Shown: positions 28,378 to 39,087 of the stretch, piece after piece
Layout of the letters: every line of letters starts with the position of its first letter
How positions within the stretch are numbered: the stretch's first letter is position 1
Assembly: GCA_963740085.1 (NCBI GenBank)
Contig: CAVUCU010000005.1
Span: 320,001 to 384,000, forward strand
DNA length: 64,000 bases
Source of the DNA: Nitrospirota bacterium
Lineage (GTDB): Bacteria > Nitrospirota > UBA9217
Reading direction: 5' to 3'
Made by a program: the position numbers and the translations under genes
Notes under the pieces: generated by a model
What the model was told of the DNA's origin: nothing
The model's input: only the letters and a program-made list of their open reading frames with translations
Database searches by the model: none

Positions 28378-29724
28378 ATGTCATATCGAGCCTGGTTTCA
28401 ATGTATCAATGAAAAGTGCAATGAGCAATATCCGCTCAACAAGATCGTTTACCGCTGCAAGAGCTGCGATTCGCTGCTGGAAGTAAAGCACGACATGCAG
28501 GCCCTCGCCCACCGGAGCGCCAAGGCGTGGATGAAGCTCTTCGAGGACCGTTACAAGTCCACTCAGTGGCCCTATGGCTCGGGCGTCTGGGGCAAAAAGG
28601 AGTGGGTCCTGCCGCAGATCGCCGACGACAACATCGTCTCGCTCTACGAGGGCGGGTCCAACCTGTTCTGGGCCGAGCGGTTCGGCAAGCTCATCGGCCT
28701 GGACAACCTCTGGCTCAAGCTCTGCGGCAACTCCCACAGCGGATCGTTCAAGGACCTCGGCATGACCGTGCTGGTGTCGCAGGTCAAGCAGATGATCAGC
28801 GAGGGCGCTCCGATCCAGGCCGTGGCCTGCGCCTCGACCGGGGATACCTCGGCCGCGCTCGCGGTCTACTGCGCCGCTGCCGGCATCCAGTCCATCGTGC
28901 TTCTCCCCAAGGGCAAGATATCCATGGCCCAGCTCGTCCAGCCGATCGCCAATGGCGCGCTGGTCCTGTCGCTGGACACGGATTTCGACGGCTGCATGCG
29001 CGTGGTGCGGGAGATCACCAAGGACGAGACGATCTATCTGGCCAATTCCATGAACTCGCTCAGGATCGAAGGACAGAAGACCGTGGGCATCGAGATCGTC
29101 CAGCAGTTCGACTGGGAGGTCCCCGATGTGATCGTCATCCCCGGGGGGAACCTGGGAAACGTCTCCGCGCTCGGCAGCGGACTGCTCATGATGCGCGACC
29201 TCGGGCTGATCACCAAACTGCCGAGGATCGTCGTCGCCCAGGCGGAACGCGCCAACCCGCTCTATCGATCGTATCTGAAGAAATTCGAGTCCTTTGAACC
29301 CATGGAGGCCGGGAAGACGCTGGCCAGCGCGATCCAGATCGGCGACCCGGTCAGCATCGTCAAGGCGATCCGCACGCTGAAGCAGTTCGACGGCATCGTC
29401 ATGGACGCCACGGAACAGGAGCTGTCCGATGCCGCCGCGCTGGGCGACCGGACCGGCATGTTCAACTGCCCGCACACCGGCGTCGCCCTCGCCGCGATGA
29501 TCAAACTGATCAAGGCCGGCAAGATCGACAGGTCCGAGCATGTCGTGGTCATCTCCACGGCGCACGGCCTCAAGTTCACCGACTTCAAGATCAACTATCA
29601 CGAAGAGAAGCTGGGATTTCCCAGCACGTACGCGAACAAACCCATAGAAGTGCCTGCGAATGTGGACGCGGTCAAGAAAGCGCTCACAAACGCATTGAAA
29701 AAGAGGAGAGAACAGAATGTCTAA
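28378..29724 (+). CDS. thrC: Threonine synthase
   Basis: 'SGSFKDLG', '[10 protein letters not shown]', 'PGGNLGN', 'STAHGLKF'. Confidence 0.93.
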   Translation: MSYRAWFQCINEKCNEQYPLNKIVYRCKSCDSLLEVKHDMQALAHRSAKAWMKLFEDRYKSTQWPYGSGVWGKKEWVLPQIADDNIVSLYEGGSNLFWAERFGKLIGLDNLWLKLCGNSHSGSFKDLGMTVLVSQVKQMISEGAPIQAVACASTGDTSAALAVYCAAAGIQSIVLLPKGKISMAQLVQPIANGALVLSLDTDFDGCMRVVREITKDETIYLANSMNSLRIEGQKTVGIEIVQQFDWEVPDVIVIPGGNLGNVSALGSGLLMMRDLGLITKLPRIVVAQAERANPLYRSYLKKFESFEPMEAGKTLASAIQIGDPVSIVKAIRTLKQFDGIVMDATEQELSDAAALGDRTGMFNCPHTGVALAAMIKLIKAGKIDRSEHVVVISTAHGLKFTDFKINYHEEKLGFPSTYANKPIEVPANVDAVKKALTNALKKRREQNV

Positions 29725-30926
29725 AAAACCATCCAATCCCCGGAACTGGAATCCGGCCACCCTCGGCATCCACGGCCTGGACCGCGTGCACCACGCGCAC
29801 TTCGCGGTCTCCACGCCGATCGTACATACCTCGAACTACTATTTCAATAACACCCAGGAAGTCTACGACTTCATGAAGGCGAAGAGCGAGGGCAAGCTCC
29901 TGCGCGAGCACGAGTACGGCCGCTACGGAAACCCGACCCAGACCGAATGCGAACATAAGCTTGCGGCCATCGAGGGCGCCGAGCGCGCGGTATTGTTCTC
30001 CAGCGGCATGTCCGCCGTGATCCTGACGCTTATGACCTTCATGCGCCGCGACGGCCACATCATCTTCACGAGTGACTGCTACCGCCAGACGCGCGACTTC
30101 GCCTCGAACCTGCTGGCTGAGTTCGGCATCAAGGTCTCGCTCGTGGACCCCACGGCAGAGGCCATTGAGAAGGCGATCAAGCCCAATACGAACATCATCT
30201 TCACGGAATCGCCCACCAATCCCTATCTGCGGTGTCTGGACCTTGAGGCGGTCGTGAAGGTCGCCAGGCAGCACAAGGTGATGACCGTCATCGATTCCAC
30301 ACTGGCCACGCTCGTACAACATAAGACCGCTGGACATGGGCGTCGACGTCGTCATCCACTCCGCCACCAAGTATCTCGGCGGCCACAACGACCTCCTTGC
30401 CGGAGTCTCCCTCGGCTCCGACAAGCTTATGAACGATATCTACCGCATGCAGCGCATGATCGGCGCCACACCCGGACCGCTCACGTGCTTCCTGCTGGAG
30501 CGCGGCCTGAAGACCTTCGGCCTCCGGATGAAACACCACAATGAGGCCGGCCTGGCCGTCGCCCGCATGCTCGAGGCGCACCCGAAGATCGAGAAGGTCT
30601 GGTATCCCGGCCTGGATTCTCATCCGGACCGGAAGATCGCGAAGGCGCAGATGAAGGGCTTCGGCAGCGTGGTCACCTTCCTGCTCCGGGGCGACGACGC
30701 GAAGACCAGAAAGTTCATCGACAACCTCGAGCTCTTCCTGATCACACCGAGCCTCGGCGGCAGTGAAAGTCTCGTGACCCAGATGTGGATGATGTCGTTC
30801 TTCGACTACCCCGAGGCCTACCGCAAGAAGATCGGCATGGAGGACAACCTGGTGCGGCTCGCGCTGGGCCTGGAGGATGTGGAGGACCTGATCGCGGACC
30901 TGAAGCAGGCGTTGGAGAAGGTTTGA
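29717..30926 (+). pseudogene. Cystathionine gamma-synthase / Cys-Met PLP enzyme, single frameshift near 30312
   Basis: 'YGRYGNPT', 'FSSGM', 'ESPTNP', 'DST.AT' in one frame; 'HSATKYLGGH', 'SLGG.ESL' in the next; one extra base in ACG-CTCG-TAC. Confidence 0.85.
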
Positions 30927-30975
30927 GCGAGGATTCGCCGAGATTTTAAAAAGCAAAATTACGGCAAAGAATTTT

Positions 30976-31063
30976 AACGCGAAGGCGGGAAGAGCGCGAA
31001 GGAAGGACTTAAGCTTGCGGTCAGAGCTTGTTAACTCTTCACGACCTTTGCGCCTTCGCGGTT
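30976..31063. repeat. Family A hairpin element
   Basis: aacgcgaaggcgggaagagcgcgaag ... cttcacgacctttgcgccttcgcggtt. Confidence 0.65.
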
Positions 31064-31148
31064 CAGCGATTTTGATAGTGTTATCCATGACTCATCTTAT
31101 CCCTCGCATAAGCCCAGGCATCACAGTATGATATGGTGACTCTTCGCA

Positions 31149-32729
31149 ATGAATAATAGCCTAAAACACCAACCCTTCGACATAAAACCCGCAAGCCCCG
31201 GCATCATCCCCCCGTGCCCCGTTGCCCCGGACGCGCTCATCGGCATACCACGGCAGCAGACCAACCCTGCCCGCTGGGAGGGAGACGGCTGGCAGGCCTT
31301 TGTGGCGGACCTTGCCGCGAAGGGGATCGACATTGACGAGCAGAAGGTCGCGCGCACGCTGTACGTGACTGACTCGGGTGGCATGGCCTATGGCCTGCCG
31401 CGCGGCGTGCTGATCGCACGCACGACCGGGATGGTGGCCGAGGTCATGGCTGCCGCGCAGAGGCATCACGTGCCGGTGACCGTGCGCGGAGGCGGACTCA
31501 CGACCGAGGGAGAGACCGTTTCGTTCGGCGGACTGCAGCTGGACATGCGCGGCATGAGCCGCGTTATCGCGATCGACAAAGTCAATATGGCCGTGCGCTG
31601 CGAAGCCGGGATCTACTGGCATTCGCTCGCGGAATCCCTGCGCAGACAGGGTCTGGATTACCTTTCCGCCCCCTTGAACATGACCGCCTCGGTCGGCGGC
31701 ACGCTCGGAGTCGGCGGCATTGACATCAACTCCCCGCGCCTTGGCTGCAGCGCGGACCAGACACTGGCGATCAAGATCGTAACGCCCACCGGCGAGATCC
31801 TGGAATGCTCCGAACAGGAAAATACCTGGTGGTTCAACCGCGTCCTGCTCGGCTACGGCCAGTTCGGAATCATCACGGAGGCCACGCTCCGCATCCGGCC
31901 CTTTACCCCGCTCACGATGCATTATTTCTATTACGGCGATCTGCTCACGGCCATGGAAGATCTGGTCATGCTCTGCGACGAGGACGCCGCGGACTACACC
32001 GGCATCCTGACCATGCTCGACCGGGCGGTGAATCTGCTCGTGGCCTTTGATTCCGATGAGCGGGAAAAGGCATTCTTCAAAAAATGGCGTTCACGCCTCA
32101 GGGGCTTCGGCGAGCTGGGCTTCGCCTTTCACACGGGATTGCACTACGCCCTCAGGCCGTGGAAGTTCCGCGAGGCGCTGTATCTTCTGGACCGGAAGCG
32201 CACCCTGCTGCCGGAGCTCCAACCGTCGCATCATATGCAAGAGGGAAAGATCGTGGACCGTACGGTGGTGTTCTCGCAGGCGGTCTGGAAGTTCTGGGGC
32301 AACAGGCAGATGGTGATACCGGACCTGGCAACCAGCCGCGAAAAGTTCTTCGAGGCCATCCTGCGCGGCAACGAGGTGTGCAAAAAATACTTTCCGCACT
32401 ATACGCTCTACTGCGTCGGCATCAAGCTCATCGGGCCGCCCGAACGCTACGAGCTTTCGTGCATCCCGCCCGACGCCGAGGGTATTGCCTACGGGTGCGA
32501 GTTCGAGCCCATGCTCGAAGGCAAGACCTACAGCCGCGATCATCTGCAGTCTTTCAAGAACGAGATCTACGACATCGGCGTGGACATGGGTACGAGCTAT
32601 TACCGCTTCGGCGGCATGATGAAAGGATACATTCGCAGGGTTTTCGGCGACGCCGTGGTGGACAAGCATCTTGCCATGAAGCGGAAAGTTGATCCTGCCA
32701 TGGTCCTGAACCGGGATGTGATATTTTGA
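31149..32729 (+). CDS. FAD-binding oxidoreductase (PCMH/VAO fold)
   Basis: 'VTVRGGG', 'SVGGTLGVGG', 'GQFGIITEATL', 'KRKVDPAMVLN'. Confidence 0.85.
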   Translation: MNNSLKHQPFDIKPASPGIIPPCPVAPDALIGIPRQQTNPARWEGDGWQAFVADLAAKGIDIDEQKVARTLYVTDSGGMAYGLPRGVLIARTTGMVAEVMAAAQRHHVPVTVRGGGLTTEGETVSFGGLQLDMRGMSRVIAIDKVNMAVRCEAGIYWHSLAESLRRQGLDYLSAPLNMTASVGGTLGVGGIDINSPRLGCSADQTLAIKIVTPTGEILECSEQENTWWFNRVLLGYGQFGIITEATLRIRPFTPLTMHYFYYGDLLTAMEDLVMLCDEDAADYTGILTMLDRAVNLLVAFDSDEREKAFFKKWRSRLRGFGELGFAFHTGLHYALRPWKFREALYLLDRKRTLLPELQPSHHMQEGKIVDRTVVFSQAVWKFWGNRQMVIPDLATSREKFFEAILRGNEVCKKYFPHYTLYCVGIKLIGPPERYELSCIPPDAEGIAYGCEFEPMLEGKTYSRDHLQSFKNEIYDIGVDMGTSYYRFGGMMKGYIRRVFGDAVVDKHLAMKRKVDPAMVLNRDVIF

Positions 32730-33718
32730 TACCAAAGATTAGGACATATGACGGATCCGACAGATCGGACGCCTCGACCGACCCATCGCAGTGCAACGGC
32801 TGCGGCGTGTGCATGCTCTCCTGCCCTGTCTGGAACCAGCACCATACGAAGATGCTGACGTATTGCGGCAGGACCCGGGCCTCGATCGGAGGGGCAACTG
32901 ATGAAGACCTCCTTGCCTCTGCCCGGGCGTGCATCCTCTGCGGTTCCTGCGAGCCCCTCTGTCCCATGGGCATTCGCACGCAGCAGGCAACGATCAGCTT
33001 GCGCAGGAAACTCTCGGCACTCGGGCTCCTTTTCAGGCCTCTTGTCCCGCATGACACACAAAGGATCGAGACCGCCAATGCCTCTCGTCTCGTTATTCCG
33101 GGAAGTCTGCTCCGGGCGAACATCCATCATGTCTCGGCAGTGCTGCAGTTGCTGGGAAAGAATGTCGGACTCTCGGGCGATGACGGATCCGACATCGTGC
33201 TGACCCTTGAGTCGGGCCAGGAAATGAACAACGCGCGCCTTGCGAGATTTATCGCACCCCTGTTCAAGGCGACCGAGGTTATTGTCGCCGATGGCCTGCT
33301 CTTCAACCTACTTCGCTCCCTGCTGCCGTCATCGGTCGTTGTCCGGACCCTGGGGCAGGCCCTGCTTGCAAACCCGAACGTGCGCGCCGGCCTCACGTCA
33401 ACCGATTTTTACATGATAGAGACGCGGGCCTACAATGCGAATCGCAGAGAATTCGTGGCATTCTATGATACGCTGCGTCAGGAGACCGGCTGTTTCATGA
33501 ACCTGGACCTTCAGCGCGTGGCGACACCAACGGGTGCGGCAAGCTATCATCACCGCGCGGGGCTGGAAAACATCGTCTCCATCGAGGCACAGGTGAGATG
33601 GTTGCTTGAAGGCCGCAACGCGCAGCGCATCGTGGTCGAGCATCCTGACGATGGGGAAGCCTTTGCCAAATATACAAAGATCCCGGTTTTCCATCTGGCA
33701 GAGGTTGTGAAGAGATGA
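32726..33718 (+). CDS. 4Fe-4S dicluster protein
   Basis: CNGCGVCMLSCP and CILCGSCEPLCP; overlaps both neighbours. Confidence 0.8.
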   Translation: MIPKIRTYDGSDRSDASTDPSQCNGCGVCMLSCPVWNQHHTKMLTYCGRTRASIGGATDEDLLASARACILCGSCEPLCPMGIRTQQATISLRRKLSALGLLFRPLVPHDTQRIETANASRLVIPGSLLRANIHHVSAVLQLLGKNVGLSGDDGSDIVLTLESGQEMNNARLARFIAPLFKATEVIVADGLLFNLLRSLLPSSVVVRTLGQALLANPNVRAGLTSTDFYMIETRAYNANRREFVAFYDTLRQETGCFMNLDLQRVATPTGAASYHHRAGLENIVSIEAQVRWLLEGRNAQRIVVEHPDDGEAFAKYTKIPVFHLAEVVKR

Positions 33719-34932
33719 CAAACGTGAGAACAACAGACGTTCTCATCGTCGGCGCAAGCCTCGCTGCCGCGGCTGCTGCAAAACGGCTCGTTGACGCGGG
33801 ATATGAGACCATCGCCCTCGAGCGGTTCAGCCTCCCGCGCGCTAAGCCCTGCAGCGGCATCATCTCGCCGCGAGGCCACCGCTTCCTGATAGAGAATTTC
33901 GGTCCCCTGCCCCCTGAAGTGCTGCATGAGCCCACTTCCTGTAAAGGAGTGACCTTTTACTTTCCCGGCGGTGTTGAACTGCCGATGGAGTTCGACGGCG
34001 GCTCGACCCCGCACCTGAACCGCACCTATTCCGACTATTGGGCTATCCAGCGGAGCGGCGTCACCGTCCATGACAATATGCGATTTCTTTCAGCCAAGGA
34101 CGAGGGATCGCATGTCAATGTCGTCGCAAGCAACGGACAGGAGGAATCGCGCTACCGCACGCGCTATCTGATAGGCGCTGACGGCCCTAACTCCAAGGTG
34201 GTCAGCACCCTGTATCCGGAATATCGCGACAAGATCAAGTGGTTCACGGTCAAGCAGCATCTTCACGAGATCATAGACTGCCCCTTGGACCCGGAATACT
34301 TCCACTACTGGTTCCACCCCGGGCTCGGTTTCTATACCTGGAGCCACCTGCGCAACGGAAAACAGATCGTCGGTGTCGGATACGGGGCGGACGATGACCT
34401 TGCCGCACGTCACGAAAAGGCGCTGCGCTACCTGGAGGATCGCCACAAGGTGAAGCTTGGCCCGTGCGTCACGCGCGATTCGAGCGTGAACAACTTCGGC
34501 CTCTCGCTCATCAACCGCTATGTATTCGGGCGAGGCAACGTCATCGTGACCGGACAGGCGGCCGGGTTCCTGAACATGATCGCCGAGGGCATGTCTGCCG
34601 CGCTCCATTCCGGGGCCATCGCAGGCGAGGCAGCGGTGGATGCCTTCAGGCTGAACAAGCCCATCCAGGATGTCTACCGGACGATGATACAAAGCGAGGT
34701 GCGGCGCTGCTCGGACCAGTGGAACATCCTGAAGATCCTCTTTGGCCGGCCGCACGAGGCCGATTTCATGGGCACCCTTGCCAAACGCAGCCGGCGGGAG
34801 AAGCTCATCGTGTTGAAGGACACAGCAAAGTTCCTCGCGCCCTGGGGAAAATATAATTGGGGACGTCAGATGCTCTGGCAGGCGATCACACGGCAAATAA
34901 CGGGCGGATACAATCCACGTCGGTGGCTATGA
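33715..34932 (+). CDS. Geranylgeranyl-reductase-like FAD oxidoreductase
   Basis: 'PRAKPCSGII', 'IGADGPNS', 'TGQAAGF...EGM..AL.SG'. Confidence 0.8.
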   Translation: MTNVRTTDVLIVGASLAAAAAAKRLVDAGYETIALERFSLPRAKPCSGIISPRGHRFLIENFGPLPPEVLHEPTSCKGVTFYFPGGVELPMEFDGGSTPHLNRTYSDYWAIQRSGVTVHDNMRFLSAKDEGSHVNVVASNGQEESRYRTRYLIGADGPNSKVVSTLYPEYRDKIKWFTVKQHLHEIIDCPLDPEYFHYWFHPGLGFYTWSHLRNGKQIVGVGYGADDDLAARHEKALRYLEDRHKVKLGPCVTRDSSVNNFGLSLINRYVFGRGNVIVTGQAAGFLNMIAEGMSAALHSGAIAGEAAVDAFRLNKPIQDVYRTMIQSEVRRCSDQWNILKILFGRPHEADFMGTLAKRSRREKLIVLKDTAKFLAPWGKYNWGRQMLWQAITRQITGGYNPRRWL

Positions 34933-35151
34933 GACTATTTTGTGTTATTGGTTTTTCGTGTTGCTCCCGGGACTTCTTACGACGTCTTCAGACCCGACAT
35001 ATTCAACAAGGTTGCCGTAAATTTCAATTCTGCTGGGCTCTGCATTGATTTCCTCACTATCATGGATCTAGAGTCTTGAGTTACGTCTTGTCTTTTGATA
35101 TTGTCCCTGCTCAGTCAATATACAAGACGTGATGATCATATGAACCGAGAA

Positions 35152-35310
35152 ACGGCAGTTGATCTCTTTAGCCGCAAAAGAACGCATAGAAAATAAAAAA
35201 CTTAAAGCTAACATTAGCTCACCGTCTGGGTGATGAGCTTTTACGAAACAACCTCTTGCTTTTCTTTGAGATCTCTGCGTTCTCTTGCGGCCAACTGCTC
35301 TTTTTAGGAT
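35152..35310. repeat. Family A hairpin element
   Basis: gcagttg...gccgcaaaagaacgcataga ... tctctgcgttctcttgcggccaactgc. Confidence 0.65.
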
Positions 35311-35505
35311 GAAGGCGCCCCGGCATACCCTATCTGTTCTGACGTCTGCCAGGGCAGGCGGCAAGTCCGGAGAGATTGTCAGCCGGCCTTTTCATGAACA
35401 CGGTTATGCGCTATCTCAATAATTACAGAAGCAGGCCTGCCTCCCCTGCGCCTCCTGCATTTGCCGTTGATCTGCGCTATACTTGTCTGCAAAGGCGGAA
35501 ATGAC

Positions 35506-36456
35506 ATGGCCAAAAACAGCCTGGATGTGCTTCAGACAATATTTTCGGGAGATCTCTTCGTGATCAGCGGCACCCCGATCACGCTTCTCGGTCTCGTTCA
35601 AGTAGCTTTTATCATCGCGGCCGCGTGGTGGGTATCGAGGCTTACGCGCCGCGGCCTGCAGCGCGTAGCGCACTACCGGACCGGCGTCAGGCCGTCGTCC
35701 CTCTATGCCCTCGGACGGGTGCTGCACTATGTCATCGTTCTGATAGGACTCCTCATCGGTCTGTCGACGCTGGGCTTCAGCTTTAAAAATTTTGCGATCG
35801 TGGCCGGAGCGCTCGGCATAGGCATCGGTTTCGGCCTCCAATCCATGGTCAACAACTTCGTCGCCGGCCTGATCCTCCTGTTCGAAAAGAGCCTCAAGGT
35901 GGACGATTTCGTCGAGCTCGAATCGGGTGTCGTGGGTCGGGTGCGGGAGATCAACTTTCGCAGCACCCGCGTCACGACCAACGACAATATTGACATCCTC
36001 GTTCCGAATTCAGAGTTCGTGAACGGACGGTTGACCAACTGGACCTTGGACGAAGAATATCGCCGCATCCACGTTCCCTTCGGTGTGGCCTACGGGATGA
36101 ACAAGGAACAGGTCCGCAAGGCCGGGCTCGAAGCCGCGGCGGCAGTGCCCCATACCCTCTCCGGCGTCCCGCAGCGCGAACCCCAGGTCTGGTTCGTCGG
36201 CTTCGGCGACAGCAGCCTCAACTTCGAGCTGGTCGTCTGGCTTACCCCGCCTGCGGTGAAACTGCCGTCCGCGGTCGTGGCCGACTATCTCTGGGAGATC
36301 CACAGCGCCCTTGAAAAGTACGAGATCGAGGTCCCTTTCCCGCAGCGGGACATTCACCTGAAAAGCTTCTTCGGCGCAAAGGGCGGTCAGGCCCGGGCCT
36401 TCTTCACGCAAGGCGGCGAAAGACCGGCGACGGAGATGCCGGGAGACGAACGATAG
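35506..36456 (+). CDS. Small-conductance mechanosensitive channel MscS family
   Basis: 'GALGIGIGFGLQ...NFVAG', 'VPNS', 'GFGDSSLNFEL', 'PFPQRD'. Confidence 0.9.
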   Translation: MAKNSLDVLQTIFSGDLFVISGTPITLLGLVQVAFIIAAAWWVSRLTRRGLQRVAHYRTGVRPSSLYALGRVLHYVIVLIGLLIGLSTLGFSFKNFAIVAGALGIGIGFGLQSMVNNFVAGLILLFEKSLKVDDFVELESGVVGRVREINFRSTRVTTNDNIDILVPNSEFVNGRLTNWTLDEEYRRIHVPFGVAYGMNKEQVRKAGLEAAAAVPHTLSGVPQREPQVWFVGFGDSSLNFELVVWLTPPAVKLPSAVVADYLWEIHSALEKYEIEVPFPQRDIHLKSFFGAKGGQARAFFTQGGERPATEMPGDER

Positions 36457-36532
36457 CAACCCGAAGGCCGCCCGCAGAAATCCTGTATGACCGATGTTAC
36501 CCAAACGGAACCAGAGCAAACAACATTGAGAC

Positions 36533-36717
36533 CGGCCGCATGAAGCCGACTTCATGGGCACCCTCGCCAGGCGCCCTCTGCGCGACAAGCTTATTGTGCT
36601 GAAGGACACGGCGAGGTTCCTTGCGCCCCGGGAAAATATAATTGGGGACGTCAGATGCTCTGGCAGGCGATCACAAGGCAGGTAACGGGCGGATATAATC
36701 CCCGGCGGTGGCTATAA
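36533..36717 (+). pseudogene. Diverged orphan copy of the last ~60 codons of the GGR-like gene (34747-34932)
   Basis: Codon-by-codon alignment: mostly synonymous differences and one 1-bp deletion. Confidence 0.85.
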
Positions 36718-36968
36718 GAGAGAGGAGCGGGTTTTCGCGACCCTCGCGACGCGCAAGGTTGAATTCACTTCTTTGTTTTTCTGTTACTTGCAAGATTGAG
36801 CAAAGCATCAGGATGTTTTTCCGCAACTTGCAGTAATATGCGCGCCGGCCGGCACGGAATAATTTACGTTAAGCCTTTCCTCTCTCATTTTGCCGCTGCA
36901 CAACGTTAATGATAAGCCGCATCAAACTCCTCGGGATATTCGATCAGCGCCTTCGTATCAAGCTTGCA

Positions 36969-38411
36969 TCAGCTATTTATTAATTCGGAAGGCTGTTGCA
37001 TATCTGTTCCTTTCAAATATACCGATAAGACCGTTCCCTCGCCCTCCTCGCTTTTAATTTCTATTTTGCCTCCATGAATCCTGGCTATCTCCCGGCAGAT
37101 GCTGAGTCCCAATCCACTGCCATCGATCTCTTTAGAACGGGAATGATCTGCCCGGTAAAAACGTTCGAACACTTTGTCCAGCGCATCAGCGGGTATGCCG
37201 ATCCCGGTATCACTTATTTCGCATACAATGAATTCCGGTTCCTCCCTGGCGGAAATATGCACCTGGCCTTGGGGGACGTTGTATTTAATGGCATTGTCCA
37301 GGAGATTGGTAAACAGTTCCAGCAGATATTCTCGGTCTCCCCGGACCAATAATGAAGCCAGTACTTGCGAGGTTTCTATGCGGACCCCTTTCTGCTCGGC
37401 AAGATGACCAAGCAGCTTTACCACATCGTTTATGAGTGTTTTGACATTAATGGATTCAAACTTCAATGCAACTTTATCTGCACTAAAGCGGGTCAAGGTA
37501 AGAAGTTTTCGGACTGTTGATGACATCGTTTGTGCCGCTTGTACGATAGCACGCAGACTGCTTTTGTATTCTTCCGCGGTTCTTTCTTTTCGGAGCGTAA
37601 TCTCGCCCTGACTCAGAATGACCGAGAGCGGCGTCCTGAGCTCATGGGAAGCGTCCGCTGCAAACCGTTTCTGCCGGTTAAACGCTTCTTCCATTCTGTT
37701 GAACGTTCGGTTGAAAGAAGCGGCAAGAATTTTCAACTCACGAGGAACGCCCTGCAGGGAAACTCGCCTCGTGAGGTCCTGCTCTGATATCCTGTCGATG
37801 GTCTGTGAAATATCCAGCACGGGAGCAAGTGCTTTCTTGGCGATAATAAAGCCGCCTAATGCTGATAGAAGCATGACAAAAAAAACAGCGCCGGCCAGGA
37901 TGGTACGAAAGTCTTCAAGAAAATCCAATTCGAATCCAATATCCTCACCGCACTGAACGACCAGCCCATGCATGCGCCTCTTTTCTGCATTTTCCCTCTG
38001 TCCCCCTGAACCGTTTATGAAATTAACGAGTCGCACAGTCCGGCCGTCCATGCGGATCGTTGAAATATGCGTGCGTGAATCGTTTTCGGGTGGGGGGGGC
38101 AGCTCCATCTCGCCCAACGAAGCCGATTTTGCCATGGTCGTCCCGTCTGCGCGACGCACTTGGAAGAAACTCCCTGACCTCGGTGAACGGTATTCCCACA
38201 TGATCTCATCGGACAAATTGAAGTCGCTTTCATTGCTGTCAATATCGATAAGCGATGCAATCGCCTTGGCTCTGGCAAGCAGACCTGCGTCAAGGGATTT
38301 ATACACGATTTTGTTGAGGCTGAAATAAAGGAATATCCCCAGTACGGAGAGAACGACAAATAAAACGGTAATGTAGTATAAAATGATTTTTGCCTTGATC
38401 GATGAAAGCAT
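36969..38411 (-). CDS. Heavy-metal-type sensor histidine kinase (CusS/CzcS-like)
   Basis: 2 TM, HAMP, 'ASHELRTPL', 'NLLDNAIKY', 'DTGIGI', 'GSGLGL'. Confidence 0.9.
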   Translation of the reverse strand: MLSSIKAKIILYYITVLFVVLSVLGIFLYFSLNKIVYKSLDAGLLARAKAIASLIDIDSNESDFNLSDEIMWEYRSPRSGSFFQVRRADGTTMAKSASLGEMELPPPPENDSRTHISTIRMDGRTVRLVNFINGSGGQRENAEKRRMHGLVVQCGEDIGFELDFLEDFRTILAGAVFFVMLLSALGGFIIAKKALAPVLDISQTIDRISEQDLTRRVSLQGVPRELKILAASFNRTFNRMEEAFNRQKRFAADASHELRTPLSVILSQGEITLRKERTAEEYKSSLRAIVQAAQTMSSTVRKLLTLTRFSADKVALKFESINVKTLINDVVKLLGHLAEQKGVRIETSQVLASLLVRGDREYLLELFTNLLDNAIKYNVPQGQVHISAREEPEFIVCEISDTGIGIPADALDKVFERFYRADHSRSKEIDGSGLGLSICREIARIHGGKIEIKSEEGEGTVLSVYLKGTDMQQPSELINS

Positions 38412-38412
38412 G

Positions 38413-39081
38413 TTAGCCCCTCAGCATATAACCAGCGCCACGCATAGTAAGAATGAGTTTTTCATCAAATCCCCGATCTATTTTGTTCCTGAGGCGGTTA
38501 ATGAAGACATCAATGACGTTGCTGTCAAGATCAAAGTCCTGATTATAAAGATGTTCCGTCAAGGCTGTCCTGCTCAGGACGGTATTCCTATTGACAACCA
38601 TATATTCAAGAAGTGCGTATTCCTTCGCTGAGAGAGCAACACTCTTTCCCCCTCTCTTGACTTCATGGGTCGCCGTGTCAAGAGCCAGGTCCTTGATCGC
38701 GATAATGGACGTTAGCACCTCTGGTTTTCGTCTCAGCAATACCCTCATGCGCGCAAGCAGCTCTTCAAAGGAAAAAGGTTTCGTCAGATAATCATCAGCG
38801 CCGCTGTCCAAACCGGACACCTTGTCCGCTATGGCATCCCTGGCAGTCAGCATGAGGACCGGGGTCTTGATCCCTGCCTTGCGGATGTTTTTCAGGATGG
38901 TCACGCCATCGACGATAGGCAGCATGATATCCAGGATCATAAGGTCCGAAGGCTCATTTTCAGCCAGATACCGGCCGTCTTCTCCATTGTATGCGACATC
39001 AACGGCATAGCCTTCTTCCTCAAGACCCTTTTTCAGAATGTCGGCGAGGGGTTTTTCATCCTCCACGATCAGTATGCGCAT
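38413..39081 (-). CDS. OmpR-family response regulator (CusR/CzcR-like)
   Basis: 'LDIMLP', 'GADDYLTKPF', winged-helix C-terminus. Confidence 0.92.
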   Translation of the reverse strand: MRILIVEDEKPLADILKKGLEEEGYAVDVAYNGEDGRYLAENEPSDLMILDIMLPIVDGVTILKNIRKAGIKTPVLMLTARDAIADKVSGLDSGADDYLTKPFSFEELLARMRVLLRRKPEVLTSIIAIKDLALDTATHEVKRGGKSVALSAKEYALLEYMVVNRNTVLSRTALTEHLYNQDFDLDSNVIDVFINRLRNKIDRGFDEKLILTMRGAGYMLRG

Positions 39082-39087
39082 GATTTC

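Noticed and set aside
28381-29814. Long antisense ORFs (also 23595-24707, 54352-55578, 56785-57873, 6480-7589 and others)
   Set aside because: They shadow well-supported genes on the opposite strand, as expected from GC-rich codon bias, and have no motifs.
34747-36717. Diversity-generating retroelement TR/VR pair
   Set aside because: Differences are mostly synonymous and not adenine-specific, and no reverse transcriptase is in the window.
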